A stretch of DNA of 64,000 nt from Selaginella moellendorffii (Eukaryota > Plantae > Lycopodiophyta), in the NCBI RefSeq assembly GCF_000143415.4, contig NW_003314276.1:2355072-2419071 (forward strand), given 5' to 3'. This document shows, one piece after another, positions 49,092 through 61,709 of this stretch. The position numbers were made by a program, and so were the translations under genes. Each line of letters begins with the position of its first letter. Position 1 is the stretch's first letter. The notes below the pieces were generated by a model. The model saw only the letters and a program-made list of their open reading frames with translations. It did not search any database and was not told the DNA's origin.

Positions 49092-51078
49092 ATGCCTCGC
49101 TCTAATCCTGTTCGATCGTCCAGGGCAGCACGGCCACCGCAACCCAGTCGCCGCCGCCCGCCGGCCCGTATGCATCGTGCCTCCTCGTGGAATGAACTAC
49201 TGGCAGTGGAGGTACTTGCGAGGGGATTCCAGCTTGCTCCAGGAGATTTCACGGCCCCGGATCAAGATCCCAACATCAAGGACACGCGTTCGGCGCCCAA
49301 GGATAGATCTCCATCGCCGTCACCCCCTCTTCCAGCTCTCTCTACACCTGATCTGGCAGCTATCGATAATCATGATCTAGCAGCTCCTTCTCTTGATGAT
49401 GGTGCTGATCCTGCAGCCACATTGACAATGTCCCCGGTGGCTTCAGCAGCGTCCCGGGCGCCAAGAAGAAAGCAACGTCGTCTAGCGATGGATTCGCAAA
49501 GCTCTGGTATCCCTTCATCATCGGCTACTGTATTCAAAAATCAAGATGAGAGCTCGAGTGCTTCAAGCGATGGTGTGCCGGGTGGTGACGATCATCCAAT
49601 GACCGAGGAGAAGCCCACCTCCATTGCCACACGGGCCGCAGCTTTGAAGACCAAGCGACCTCCAAGTGGCTGCTCGAGCTCTAAGGTCAAACGGTCCAAT
49701 TGTGTGAAGAAGAAGAAGACGGTTTCCAAGCAAGAAGAAACGAGCAGGAAGAGGAAGCCACCAACGTGCGCGAGGAGATATGCTAAAAAGACGTCCCGCT
49801 ACGTTGGAGTCTCGTACTACAAGCGAATCAAACGGTGGGAGACGCACATTTGGTGAGTATGTTATTCTTTTCCTTCTTTTCTTCAAAAGGAAGCAACCAC
49901 GCTGATTTTTCTTGAAGGGGTACAAGGAAAAGCAAGCAGATATACGTCGGTTCATGCAGTAACGAGGAAGCTGGAGCCAGGTTTTCATCTTCTTTTTTCT
50001 TTTCTTTGTGGCGCTTATGAAGTTCAAGATGTTAATCACAGGATCTATGACCGAGCTTACATCAAGTTCCGTGACAAAAGCTGCCCAAACTTTCCCTACT
50101 CGGACTACGTGCACGAGATACCCCAGGCATGATCATATTAACATTTCTACCGAAAGTTTGGAAAGATCTAACGCTTAGATTTTCTCTGCAGTGGATCAAT
50201 CTGCCTGACAAGGACTTCATCAACATGCTACGTAACATGAGTCGTGGCGAGTCGTTGGTCTGGTTTGCACCGGAGCTGCTTGAAAGTGGCGCTGGATCTC
50301 CATTCACGAGGGAGACTCGGCCTCGAGCATCAAAATATCGCGGAGTCTATCTTCTCAAAGGTCGAAAAGTCCCTTGGACGGCTTCCATAACGTAAGTAGC
50401 CTCATCCCTCTAAACCTCTTTCTTTTCTTTGAGACACCATCTAGCTATCTGGATGTGAAACACAACGATGCTTTGTGTGAAACATGACCAACACCCAAGC
50501 TTTCGGCCATCACCATTCTAACATTATGGTTTTCATCTTTGATGCAGGCTGGACTCTCGTGCAATTCGACTGGGTGAGTTTTCCAAGAGCTGATTTCTTT
50601 TTTTATTGTTTGTGTTGTTTTTTTTTTTGCATATCCAGGGTCATATGAGACACAAGAGGAGGCAGCAAGGTTCAAGAAAAACTAAAACCTCAATCGCTAA
50701 TTACTAAATATAACACGTTGTTTTGACAGGAACTATGACCGAGCAGCTATTAGATTCTTTGGCAAGGCTAAAGCACTCAACTTCGCATATGAAGACTACA
50801 CTCATGAGATGCCACAGGTAATTTTGTTTTCATGTCCTGATTGTAAAACTAAGACGATATTACAGTGGATCACTTTGAGCAAGGAAGAGTTCATTTACTA
50901 CATACGGAATTCTGCACAGTCGAGCAAGAAAAGGAAGTTCAAAGTACATACAGCTCAAAGAGCTGTATACGATAGGAAGGCCAAACAAAAGGGGATTGAT
51001 GTTTGTGAGGTAAACGAAGCAATCCCACACTATATAGATGAGAAGGGGATAGGTGTGGTAAACGAAGACACAATATAG
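49092..51078 (+). CDS. Double AP2-domain transcription factor, euAP2-related; exons 49092-49852, 49918-49980, 50042-50126, 50192-50391, 50548-50573, 50639-50669, 50730-50817, 50866-51078
   Basis: Manual splicing gives an open frame: SRYVGVSYYKRIKRWETHIW-GTRKSKQIYVGS..EEAGARIYDRAYIKFR, then SKYRGV..WTASIT-LDSRAIRLGSYETQEEAARNYDRAAIRFFG. Intron 3 needs a GC donor. Confidence 0.88.
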
Positions 51079-51341
51079 ATCTTGCGCTTGAGGAAGCACC
51101 AACCATATCAGAATCGCATTCAAAGGGAGGAAAAGAGAAAGAGCATCGTTTCCTGGAGAGATTTTATATCCGCGTGGACTTCAATGCTTTGCCCGGGTTG
51201 GGCATCTGGACAGCATATGCATATTAAAACGTTTAGAAGCGAGATACAAGCTCTTGGGCATCAGTTCTTTAGATGCTTGCTCGAAGCGGCTGCCACAGGC
51301 TCCCTCCTGACGAACCGAGCGACTAGATCATGAGGCTCGAA

Positions 51342-52400
51342 TCACTCCCCGGGAGCCGGCACCGTATTCCCTGCTTGCAAACATGCTTTTGATGACATAC
51401 ACAAATCCCAAACCGCGATCTTGTGTTCGTCCATCAACTTCTCGGCCTCATCACTCATTCCCGCGGCCGAGATGATGCTGGACAGCAAAGCTAATGCCGG
51501 AGGATTGCTGGGACTGAGGTCTAGGATCGGCAGCTCGTGGGGATTGTTGTGATTCGAGCACGCACTGAGCAGCGTCCTCCACGACACCGAGTCCGGCTGG
51601 AACGGCATACTTCTTAGCAAATTCTCGGCCTCTTCGAGCCTCCCAGCTCGGCTGAGCATATCCGAGATGACCACATAGTGCTCGAAAGTTGGCCGCTCGC
51701 CAAAGGCGAGCGCCATAACATCGGTGGAGATGCCGTCCAGCAGCATGGAACTGAAGGGAGAGGTAGAGTGCTTACTTATGCCCGTGCTGGGCATACGAGG
51801 AGATCATTGCAGTCCAGATGATGACGTCTCGCTCCCGCATTTGTATAAACACCAACGTGGTGGAGAACTTGCCAGGCAAAACAATCCACGCACACAGGCT
51901 TCGATGGCTCAGGCTTCGATGGCTCCCTGCTGCTCGACTCGGCACTCATCAACATGTATGGCTGCGCAAGAGCTTTCGCGGTGCTAGGACACGGCATTCC
52001 GGAAGCTCCACGGGCCTGTATCCCTCGAGCAGCATCGCCAAGTAGATCTAGCACCTTCTTGTGACCCATTGAGGGCATCATCGTATTCCACGACACCCAT
52101 CTCTCAACGAGCTTTGAGTCGAGAACCTTCCAGGCTGCCGCATTTTCCATACATGGTTGGTCACCACAGTCTCCGCGTCCACGGGCCGGTGGCGAGATCG
52201 CACAGCGAAGAAGACGCCTCGACGGAGGCTCGCTCATCATCCTGAAAAAGAACCGTAGGGCCGCATCGCACTCGCCATTCTCGACGCAGGCGTTGATGAG
52301 CACCCGCCATCTCCAGGACGTCGCGATCTGGATTCCGCATATTCCAGATGTTTATGATTTATGATTTCTTGGGATATTCGGATTCTGCACATGACCATGT
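51342..52400 (-). pseudogene. Inverted PPR-A pseudogene (3' half)
   Basis: LINACVENGECDAALR and FGERPTFEHYVVISDMLSRAGRL..MPFQPD are near-identical to PPR-A but carry many deletions and frameshifts. Confidence 0.88.
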
Positions 52401-52709
52401 TGAGTTTCTGATCGGATTGAACACCGGCCTCGCTCCATCGACTCGCCGTAGACTTCGATGAGGGAGATTTGGAATTCTTCACGGTCAGGAAAGGTTTGCA
52501 AAATCTGAAGTACTTGCGAATTTTCCAACAGACAAGAGAAGGGAGCAAAGCTATGGTCTTTTTCCATTTCTCTTGTACACTCTATTTTCTCCTTTCAAAG
52601 AGTTGTTTATAATAGGAAGGTGGTAAACAAAGGAACGGCAGATGTATATACATTTAGTGACGCTGCTCAAAGATCGGTGCGTGCTCAAAGAATACAAGAT
52701 CGAAGTCAT

Positions 52710-54470
52710 CTATGTGATCGAGAGCGCGTTTGCGAGCAGGGAATACGGTGAAGACTCCCCAGGGTGTGATTCGATCGCAAGGGAGGAAACGCGAGCTTCG
52801 TGGTCTTCACGCTGGCTTCGAAACGAGTTCATGAGAGAGGCCCAGACTTCCACACCCGGAACGAAAGGCATGTTGGTGACAAGATCTCGAGCCCCTCCAA
52901 TGTAGCCCGAGCGTCCCAGGAGATCGATCATGCATCCATACTGCTGGTTCGTGGGGACAAATCCGTAATCCAGAATTATGGAGCAGAAGTAGTAGCAGCC
53001 AGCCTCTACATTCCCGGCATGGCTGCAAGCAATCAGCACAGAAACAAAGCTCGGTTCGGCAGGAGTAAGTCCCTCCTGCTGCATTGTCTCGTATAGGTTT
53101 TGGGCTCTTTCATGATAGCCGTTACGAGCATGCATCGAAAGAACTGATGCCCAAGAGCTTGCATCTCGCTCTGGCATCGTCACAAAAGTTTTCATGGCTG
53201 AAAACACATGCCCAGTTTGGGCGTATGCTGCAAGCATGGTGTTCCAAGAAACGTGTGTACGAGAAAACCCACAATAGAATAGTTCTTCGGCCTCTCTAAC
53301 ACGCCCGTTATTTGAGTACGCTTCCAGCATTGCATTGAACGTAGCGGAATCTCGGTTCTCACGCAAAAGATCAAAGACAATCTTAGCCTTCTGCAGATGC
53401 CCAATGGTGGCATATGCTGCAAGCATTGAAGTCCACGCCATAGAATCTCTCCTAGGCATAGAATCGAAAAGCTCTCGAGCTTTGCACAAATTTTCGTGGC
53501 GTATATATACATCAAGTATTGCCCCCCAGGAAACTATGTCTCTCTCTGGCATGGAATCGAATAGCTCCTTTGCCTCCCCCGCCAAATTCCGTTCCAGTGA
53601 CGAAGATGAAGCATAGGCAGACACCATCGCATTCCAGGAAACAAGATTCCAGGCAGCCATCTCAAAATAAAAAAGATCTCTCGCAAATTCGATGTGGCCG
53701 GCAAGAGCAGCCCATGAAAGCATTGCAGTCCACGACACAAGATCATATGCCGGCATCAAGCGATAGAGCTCCATGGCTGATTTGAGATCGCCGCCACTCG
53801 CAAATGCGTTGATCATCGAGGTCCATGACACCATATCCTTGGCAGGCATCCAATCAAACAGCCCCTTTGCTTCGTTGATCCACCGGCGATCTACACTTAG
53901 CTGTGAAGAAGCAGATCTCGGGTTTCCGTAAGCCGAGAGCATGGAGTTCCATGAGACGAGGTTGTGACCTGGCATTCGATTGAAGATCTCGCGAGCTTGG
54001 TCAACATGCCCCGACCGGGCATACGCCGCAAGCATCGTCGTCCAGGAGATCACATTTTTGTTCGGGAAGCGATCAAAGAAATCAGAGGCAAAGGCAAGGT
54101 TTCCTACTTGTATGGCTGCCGCCAGTATCGTGTTCCACTGCGCCAGATCCCAGTCCGGCATTGCATCAAACACGGCAATGGCCAGATCAAAATGCCCGTT
54201 ACGGGCATACGCCCCCAGCAGCAGATTCCACGAGAAGGCGTCCTTGAGCACGATCGAATCGAAGGCGGCACGGGCGCCCTCCACGCTGCCGTGCTTCCCA
54301 TACATGTGAACGAAGAGATTCACAACAAAGGTCTCGTCCTTTGCAGGAATTCTCTTTTGTAGCTGCTGCTCAAGGAAACTTTGGTGAATCTTCTCCACTT
54401 CGCAGAGAGCCTGGCACGATCGAATGAGCTCACTCCATTGCATAATTCCAAGCGGATATTCTACATGCAA
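52710..54470 (-). CDS. PLS-class PPR protein PPR-B, rich in short (S-type) repeats, truncated E domain, no DYW
   Basis: Intronless 586-aa ORF with repeated ~31-aa F..MP..D.VSW..ML.AYA motifs and terminal YGCMIDLLGRSG..MPFVP. The exact start codon is uncertain. Confidence 0.9.
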   Translation of the reverse strand: MHVEYPLGIMQWSELIRSCQALCEVEKIHQSFLEQQLQKRIPAKDETFVVNLFVHMYGKHGSVEGARAAFDSIVLKDAFSWNLLLGAYARNGHFDLAIAVFDAMPDWDLAQWNTILAAAIQVGNLAFASDFFDRFPNKNVISWTTMLAAYARSGHVDQAREIFNRMPGHNLVSWNSMLSAYGNPRSASSQLSVDRRWINEAKGLFDWMPAKDMVSWTSMINAFASGGDLKSAMELYRLMPAYDLVSWTAMLSWAALAGHIEFARDLFYFEMAAWNLVSWNAMVSAYASSSSLERNLAGEAKELFDSMPERDIVSWGAILDVYIRHENLCKARELFDSMPRRDSMAWTSMLAAYATIGHLQKAKIVFDLLRENRDSATFNAMLEAYSNNGRVREAEELFYCGFSRTHVSWNTMLAAYAQTGHVFSAMKTFVTMPERDASSWASVLSMHARNGYHERAQNLYETMQQEGLTPAEPSFVSVLIACSHAGNVEAGCYYFCSIILDYGFVPTNQQYGCMIDLLGRSGYIGGARDLVTNMPFVPGVEVWASLMNSFRSQREDHEARVSSLAIESHPGESSPYSLLANALSIT

Positions 54471-57109
54471 TTGCTCGCCAAAAGGTGAAGGGACGGATTA
54501 ACAACTTTAATTTTGTTTGGCTCAAGGAAGTTTAAACCCACAAAGTCTAGTGGAAGCACTGAATAACTAGTATTTCAGTCACAGCATTTAAATTTCTTCT
54601 ACACAATGCTTGGGAGGATTGTTGGAAGTACCACTTCTTCTACATTTTCAGCTGATATAGACCTAGTTTGACTGAAATTTAACTGCTTCATTAGCAGCTC
54701 AGACCATTGTGCCATGAACTTATAGCAATATTCTCTTTTTAAAAAAATTTAATGATATTTTCAAGTATGTTTCACAAATTGTCTAGCAAAGCTAGTCAGA
54801 CACCGTCCCTCCCATGCTTGACGTTGCCAGCAAATGCAGCCCCTTAGGCACAACGAGTTAAGCATTCATCCAAGTGACGTGCTTCACTGGGGTGTCACTA
54901 GGATCAACTTGGGCATCTGGTGCGAGGACCAAATCCCTCACCCCAGGATTCCCGGTTGTTTCCGATCGCCCGTCTCAAATCCCTGTGCGGGAACAAGCAT
55001 CCTATGACACCCAGAGCGGCATCCTGACCGTGGCCAGGGACTTCGAGGACTAGAGCACCCTCGTCGTCAGGGATTTTCCCACCTCCAGGCCCGCTCGACA
55101 GAGAACGTCGCCAGCAGCAGCGATCCATCAAGCAATGCCCCCGTCACAATGTGACACTGCGCTTGGTCGCGAATGAAGCTCCAAACGACGCCATCCGAGC
55201 ACCACACCACAAGATTGTAATCCCAGGGAGGGGACGAAGAACCAGTGGCGATGAGGCGGACCCTGGCATGTCCCCAGAGCTCAGGTAGACGAAGAGCCTC
55301 CTGGAAGAGGTGCTTGTTGAGACACGGCGCACAGCAAGTCCTTCTCCACGTCCTCGAAATGTCCTGGATGCGGAGAAGAGCCAGGCGCTGTTCCTGCTCC
55401 GGAAGCCGAGAAAGGCAATGAGCTTAAGAAAGAGGCTGCTATCCCCAAGAAGAAAAACAAAATAATATAATTTTCACCCACAATTTCACCACACCGAACC
55501 AGCATCTTCAACGAGACAAGCTTATTAAAGCTAGAATCATAAGTATTCTTGATTTTGCCTTGGTGCGAAAGCAACCCATCTATCGAAAAAACAACGGCCA
55601 CGCTCTTCTGACAAGATTCCCAGTGGAGATTCTACCACAAGCTGACGCTGTAACTAATTATCTTTGCCACTTACTAAGTGCTCAATAGGTGTCGTTGTCT
55701 ACGCATGGATCATCCTCATGCGTCCAGGATGGTAGCCATCTTCCCAGTTCTTCATTACGAACAATCCACTCCTCTTTCTCTACATCCATAGTCTATCTGT
55801 CCCACTGGTGCCCATAGTCACCAATTTGACTGTGACTCTCCCATTTCTGAGTTCATGAGTCATAGACAAAGGTAGCCTGGATCAAAAGCCTGAAACATTT
55901 TGAATTCCTTACCCATGGATTGAGCAACACTGCCCAGTAGAATGTTGGAGCGGGTGCCAGGGAAGCCACACTGAAGGCACCTCATTGGCCAAGAACCTTT
56001 ACACAACCCCACCCCCCAAAGGCCACGAGCACTCACACATGGGACACTGCTCAAAGAGTTTCACATTTGAATCACTGATCAAGTAACACTTTGATAGATG
56101 CTACACGTGCTTGCTACTAAAGTAGTGGGCACAAGAAGCCCACAGGGTGAGGCACATAAAAGAAGCCATTGAATTCTAATGATGGGACTTTGGTAAGTGA
56201 GCCAACTCTTGTTTGCATGAGAAGCTGAGTTAAGCACTACCTGAGAACCTCCATTTCCATCCATCATCAAGTAAAAAAGTTCCTCATGTTTTTGAGATAA
56301 CACAAGTCCAAGTCTCATCTTGAGTGTGAGTTAAGAGCCCAAGTCCCTTTTAGCTATTTGTCCAAGTCTGATTTTGACCTCAATTGTGAGTAAGAGCCCA
56401 AGTCCGAGCACAAGGCTGAGTAAAAGTTCAAGTTTGTGTTCAAGCCCAACTTCAAGCCTAAGTTTGACCAGCTGAGCCAAAATTCCAACAAGGAGTGAGG
56501 TTTGACTTTAGCTGCCAACACTTCATCCTTGAGTTTATAGCTTACCACATTTTAGTAATCAAGTGCTTTGGACTTTCACCACGTGTCCACGTCAGAACTT
56601 GAACCCAAGTTCGAAATAAAGCCCAACCCCAAATCCAACATGGTGCATAAAAGGTGAAGCCTAAGAGCCCATGCATGAGCTGGAACTCCAGTAGCATTTT
56701 CAAGCGCTGCAAAGTCCACATCCCACATGAATGATGGATGGCAGAGTCAGAATCTGCAATAGTAATTTTGATTAGCAAAGTTGCCAATATCAATTGTTTT
56801 TCGGGCAGTGCCAGTGCCAGTAGAATCGCATCTAGCGTGTTGAGTCCAATCAATCAGCGCAGCTAGAGGGGTGTGCAAGCGCTGGAGAAGCAAGCTCTGC
56901 GACTCATTCTTCAAAGACTGGATCCTCATGGGCAGCGATGACCTTCATCTAAGGTTTTTCTAAGAATATTCTTGCAAATAAAGTTCCCCTGGTAAACAAA
57001 GTGTGACATGATCGTCAGAGTCCTTGTTTGCTGTTGAGTAAAATTCCAATGAGTTGGTTGTTGGTGACAACCAAGAAACTTTAAAAGCTCCAGTAGCTTC
57101 ATTGTCAAC

Positions 57110-57400
57110 GACTACTACCTTCGCCTATGAAAACGCATTAATCTTTGGAAAAGAAAAGCTCGAATAGAGCTGCAACTTTTGCAACTTGTTTCTCCATCGC
57201 CACTGCTGCAATTGTGCTTCTCATACATTTGGACGAAGAGATTCACAACAAAGGTCTCGTCCTTTGCCGGAGTTAACTTTTCTCGCTGCTGCTCCTGCTG
57301 CTACTCGAGCAAACTTTGAGGAATCCTCTCCACGAACCTGGCACGACCGGATGAGCTCAGTCCACAGCCTATTTCCGAGCGGATATTTCCAAAACGGATT
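57110..57400. pseudogene. Chimeric remnant: ABCB exon 1-2 piece (+, ~57120-57215) next to a PPR-B 5' piece (-, ~57230-57390)
   Basis: CCTATGAAAACGCAT...CTCCATCGCCACTGC matches 57676-57805. GAAGAGATTCACAACAAAGGTCTCGTCCTTTGC matches 54312-54345. Confidence 0.75.
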
Positions 57401-57519
57401 TTGTTCCGCACGATAATTCGCTCTCTGTTGCTCGAAAGAAATTGTATCTGTGAGTGGGAATCGAATCGTGATGAGTTTTCAGTGGTTTAAAAGAGATATT
57501 TGGTCTTACCTCGGAAGTC

Positions 57520-60500
57520 ATGGCTGCCACGAGCTTGTTTCGCGCAGCAACTACTCTCGACGCCACCTTGATGATTCTTGGAACCATTGCTGCTGCCGCT
57601 AATGGCCTCGCGTTGCCGGCCATTCTCATTGTCGCAAGCCTTGTTTACGACCAATACGGGCGATCAGAATCATCACCTATGAAAACGCATCCCAAGGAAT
57701 TCGTAAGTTTAATCTTTCCTTAAGACAAAGCTCGAATACTGACCACGCTAGAGCTGGATCTTTGGCAACAGGCTCAGAGGTATCTCTCCATCGCCACTGC
57801 CGCAATGCTTGCTGCGTATGTCAGTGAGTTTCTCAGTATCGTATACTTTAAAGGCGATCAATCGACCTGAGTTTTTGGCAGATGTGAGCTGCTGGAGTTG
57901 CACTGCCGACCGGCAAGTTCGAAAGCTTCGACTGATGTATATGAGCTCGCTACTGAGCCAAAGCGTTGGCGATGTTGACAACTCTACTGCGAACGTGATA
58001 GACAACGTTACCAGCAATCTGGTGTTAGTCCAAAAAGCAATCGGAGAGAAGGTAACATCTCTACGCTTTTCTCTTCTTCACGAAATTGTTGCAGATCGGG
58101 AACATTATCTACAGCGTTGCATTTTTTCTTGGAGGCTACCTGGTAGCAGTAGTGTTGATATGGAGGATTTCTCTACTTCTGCTGCCTTGCACGCCGCTGC
58201 TCATATTACCGAGTGTTCTCTATGCAAGGATTGTGCGAAAGTGCGCCCAGAAGAGATTATCTTCCCAGAAAGAAGGTGGAACAATAGTCAAGCAGGCAAT
58301 CTCCAACATAAGAGTGGCGTACGCTTTTACCAGCGAGAAGAGAACACTGCAGCTGTATTCCAGCTCTCTGGAGAAAGTGGCCGAGATCGAGAGAGTAGAA
58401 AGCCTGGCAAAAGGAGTGACTGTAGGCCTCAACGGCATCTCGTTGATGATCTGGGCTCTTTTGATGTGGTACGGGAGCAAGCTGGTTGCTGAAAACCATG
58501 GCACTGGAGCTCAAATCCTTGTTGTCGGGGTTGGTTTTATGATCTCCTCCGCGTAAGTTTTGACGTCTATTCTCTCCCATGATGTTCGCGTTGAGCGTGA
58601 TGCAGGCAGCTTCAAACTGCAATAAGCGACAGCAAAGGACTTATTGAGGGCCAAAACGCGATGAAAAACATTCTTCAAGCCATAGAACGCGCACCTTTCA
58701 AGCAATGCCAAGGACGGGCGGGACTGGAGCTTAGAACAGTTGAAGGTCACATAGCCTTCAAAAGTGTCAGCTTCTCATATCCATCCAGGCCCACGCAGCT
58801 CGCGCTTGAAGTCCTCACGCTAGATATTCCGGCTGGTAAGCGGCTGGAATTCCCTCATCTTCAATCTGCATGAAAAACATTGCAGGTAAGGTTACCGCTC
58901 TTGTGGGAAGAAGCGGATCGGGAAAGTCTACAGTCATTGCGCTCCTAGAGCGATTTTATCATCCAACCGCAGGTGAAATCACTCTGGATGGTGTATGCAT
59001 CAGAAGTCTTGACTTAAACTGGTGGAGGTGCCGGATTGGACTGGTAAGCCAGGAGCCGACGCTGTTATCCTCTTCCATCAGGCAAAACATTCTATATGGA
59101 AACGAGAGAGCCAGTATGGCAGACATTATTGCTGCTGCGAAGCTAGCCGATGCACACGACTTCATCCAAAGACTACCTAATGGATACGACACGCAGGTAT
59201 GTTGTGATCGACATCCACCTAACATGCAAGGCAAGACGTTTTGCAGGTTGGTGAACTGGGTACGCAAATCTCAGGGGGTCAGAAACAGCGTATTGCAATC
59301 GCAAGAGCCATCGTGAGGAAACCACGCATCATGCTGCTAGACGAAGCTACGAGCGCACTCGACAACGAGTCCGAGAGAGTTGTCCAGGAAGCTCTAGACA
59401 ACGCATGCAAGGACGTCACAACAGTAACAATCTCGCACAGGCTCAAGTCAATCCAAAATGCACACTACGTCGCTGTCATGGATGGTGGGAAGGTGCTCGA
59501 GGCAGGACGACAGCAGCAATTGCTTTCGAGAAGGGATGGGATCTACGCAGGCATAGTAAAAAACGTGAACAGGAGCGATACAGACCTTGGCGTGCTGTAT
59601 AACGGGTTCGAGCATCTGACATACGGAAAAAACATTTCAGAAGGTACGGAGCAAGAAAAAAAAGCCGCACCTTCAAGCGTCAAAGGCACTCCTCCAGCAC
59701 AAAAACAAGGGTGCTCGACTTTCCTGCAGATACTCAGTTTGAATAGCCCAGAGTGGAAACATGGATGCATGATAGTAGTCAGTGCGACACTGACCGGATT
59801 CATTACTCCAGCGAATGGCGTACTAAATGGAGTCACAGTTGCAGCCTTCTACAGCCAAACCTCCCAGGAGCTGAAGCACACAGTGAGATTCGCATGCGGA
59901 TTATATATCTTGGCCTCTGTGGCACTTTTCATCGCAAACTTCAACCTGCATTACCGAGCTGGAGTCACTGGAGCAGCACTAACGATGAGAATACGACGTG
60001 CAATGCTAGCTAAGATATTTCAGCAGGAGGTGGGATGGTTTGAGAAGGATGGAAACTCAAGCGGACAAATCTACAACCGCCTAGGAAATGATGCGAAAAC
60101 CGTGAGTGGCTGACTGACCTGCTTGCTTTGCAACTTCTCTCACTGTTGTCCTGGTTGACAGGTCGGAGAACTCTTTTGGGACCGTGGCCAGTCGCTGGTA
60201 CAGGTGATCACAACAGTTGTCTTTTGCATGAGCTTGAGCTTTTGCCTGTCGTGGAAGCTAGCAGTTGTCGCTTCAATCCCTCAACTTCTGATCGCCGGTG
60301 CTTTCTACGCCAGAAGCAGGAGCCTCATCGGACTTATGCGTCAGATTGCTGCAGAGCACAAGAGAGTTAGTGATCTAGCCAATGATGCGGCCTCACAACA
60401 GAAAACAATCACGGCCTACTGCTTGCAAGACACGGTTTTAAAAGAAATCAAGGCCACCTCAGCGAGAACTCTGGCTGCATCTCAAGTTGCAGGGTTTCTC

Positions 60501-61557
60501 TACGGCTTCTGCTTCTTTGCACTCTACAACTTCTATGCCCTCTGCATCTGGTATGGAGGAACACTACTGGTAGCAAGAAGAATAACCTTCCAGAATTTTG
60601 TGATCTGCTACAGCGCTCTGGTGTCCGCCGGGCGAGCACTAGCAGAGACCGCAGGAGCAACTCCAGCAGTGGCTCATGGCTTGACAGCAAAAGCATCGGT
60701 CCTCGAGATACTCAACAAGAAAACAGCAGTTTCCGACGTAGAAATGTCTGGAAACGAAGACAACATGCGAGGCGAGGTGGAGTTTCGCGACGTCAGCTTT
60801 ACGTATCCCTCGAGCATGGAAATACTGGTGTTAAAGAACTTCAGCATTAAAGTGGACGCAGGCCAGACTGCAGCATTGGTTGGAAGGAGCGGGACGGGAA
60901 AATCGACAGTCATAGCTCTGCTGGAGAGATTCTACGAACCAACAGCAGGCACAATTCTCCTAGACGGCAAAGACATGAGGAGCATCCACGTTCACACGCT
61001 CAGGAAACAAATGGCACTGGTAAACCAGGAGCCAGCTTTGTTCGCGATGAGCATCAGAGACAACATAGCGTATGGCCTAGACAACGCGACGGACGCGGAG
61101 ATCATCGAAGCAGCAAGCGTAGCAAACGCACACACATTCATCAGGTACCAAAGAACTCTCCAAGAAAACTCTCTAAAGATGGATGCATGGCAGTGCTCTC
61201 CCGGAGGGATACGAAACAAATGCCGGCGAAGGAGGCGTCCTTCTCTCCGGAGGACAAAAGCAACGCATAGCAATCGCTCGAGCAGTGATGAAAAAGCCAG
61301 CGATTCTTCTCCTGGACGAAGCAACAAGCGCTCTCGACGGTGAGTCCGAGCGCACCGTCCAGCAAGCCCTGGACAAGATCGTGCACGGCAGCACGGCAAA
61401 GACGACGATCATCGTCGTCGCTCACAGGCTCTCGACGATCCAACACGCAGATCTCATCGCAGTGATGGAGAATGGCGGGGTTTCGGAACAGGGCAAGCAT
61501 CAAGAGCTCCTGGCCAAGAATGGCCGATATTTCGCTCTGATCCACTCTCAGCTCTAG
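57520..61557 (+). CDS. Full-size ABCB (MDR/P-glycoprotein) transporter, multi-exon
   Basis: TMD-NBD-TMD-NBD layout. Walker [10 protein letters not shown] / GRSGTGKST, signatures [14 protein letters not shown] / [14 protein letters not shown], Walker [11 protein letters not shown]. Short GT-AG introns, e.g. 57703-57771. Confidence 0.93.
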
Positions 61558-61709
61558 CAATCGAGGAGACGATCGATCCAAACGTACCTAGACATGCTAG
61601 CGCCTTGCCGCCTTGCCGCATTGCCGCCATAAACCCTAAGTAGCTACATTGTGATAGAGATTGATACATATCATCGTTACTCGTTAGGGAGCTATATACT
61701 TCTTCCATT

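Noticed and set aside
54900-56100. GC-rich coding-like patch and Cys-rich short ORFs
   Set aside because: Stops in the frames I read and no family recognisable without a search.
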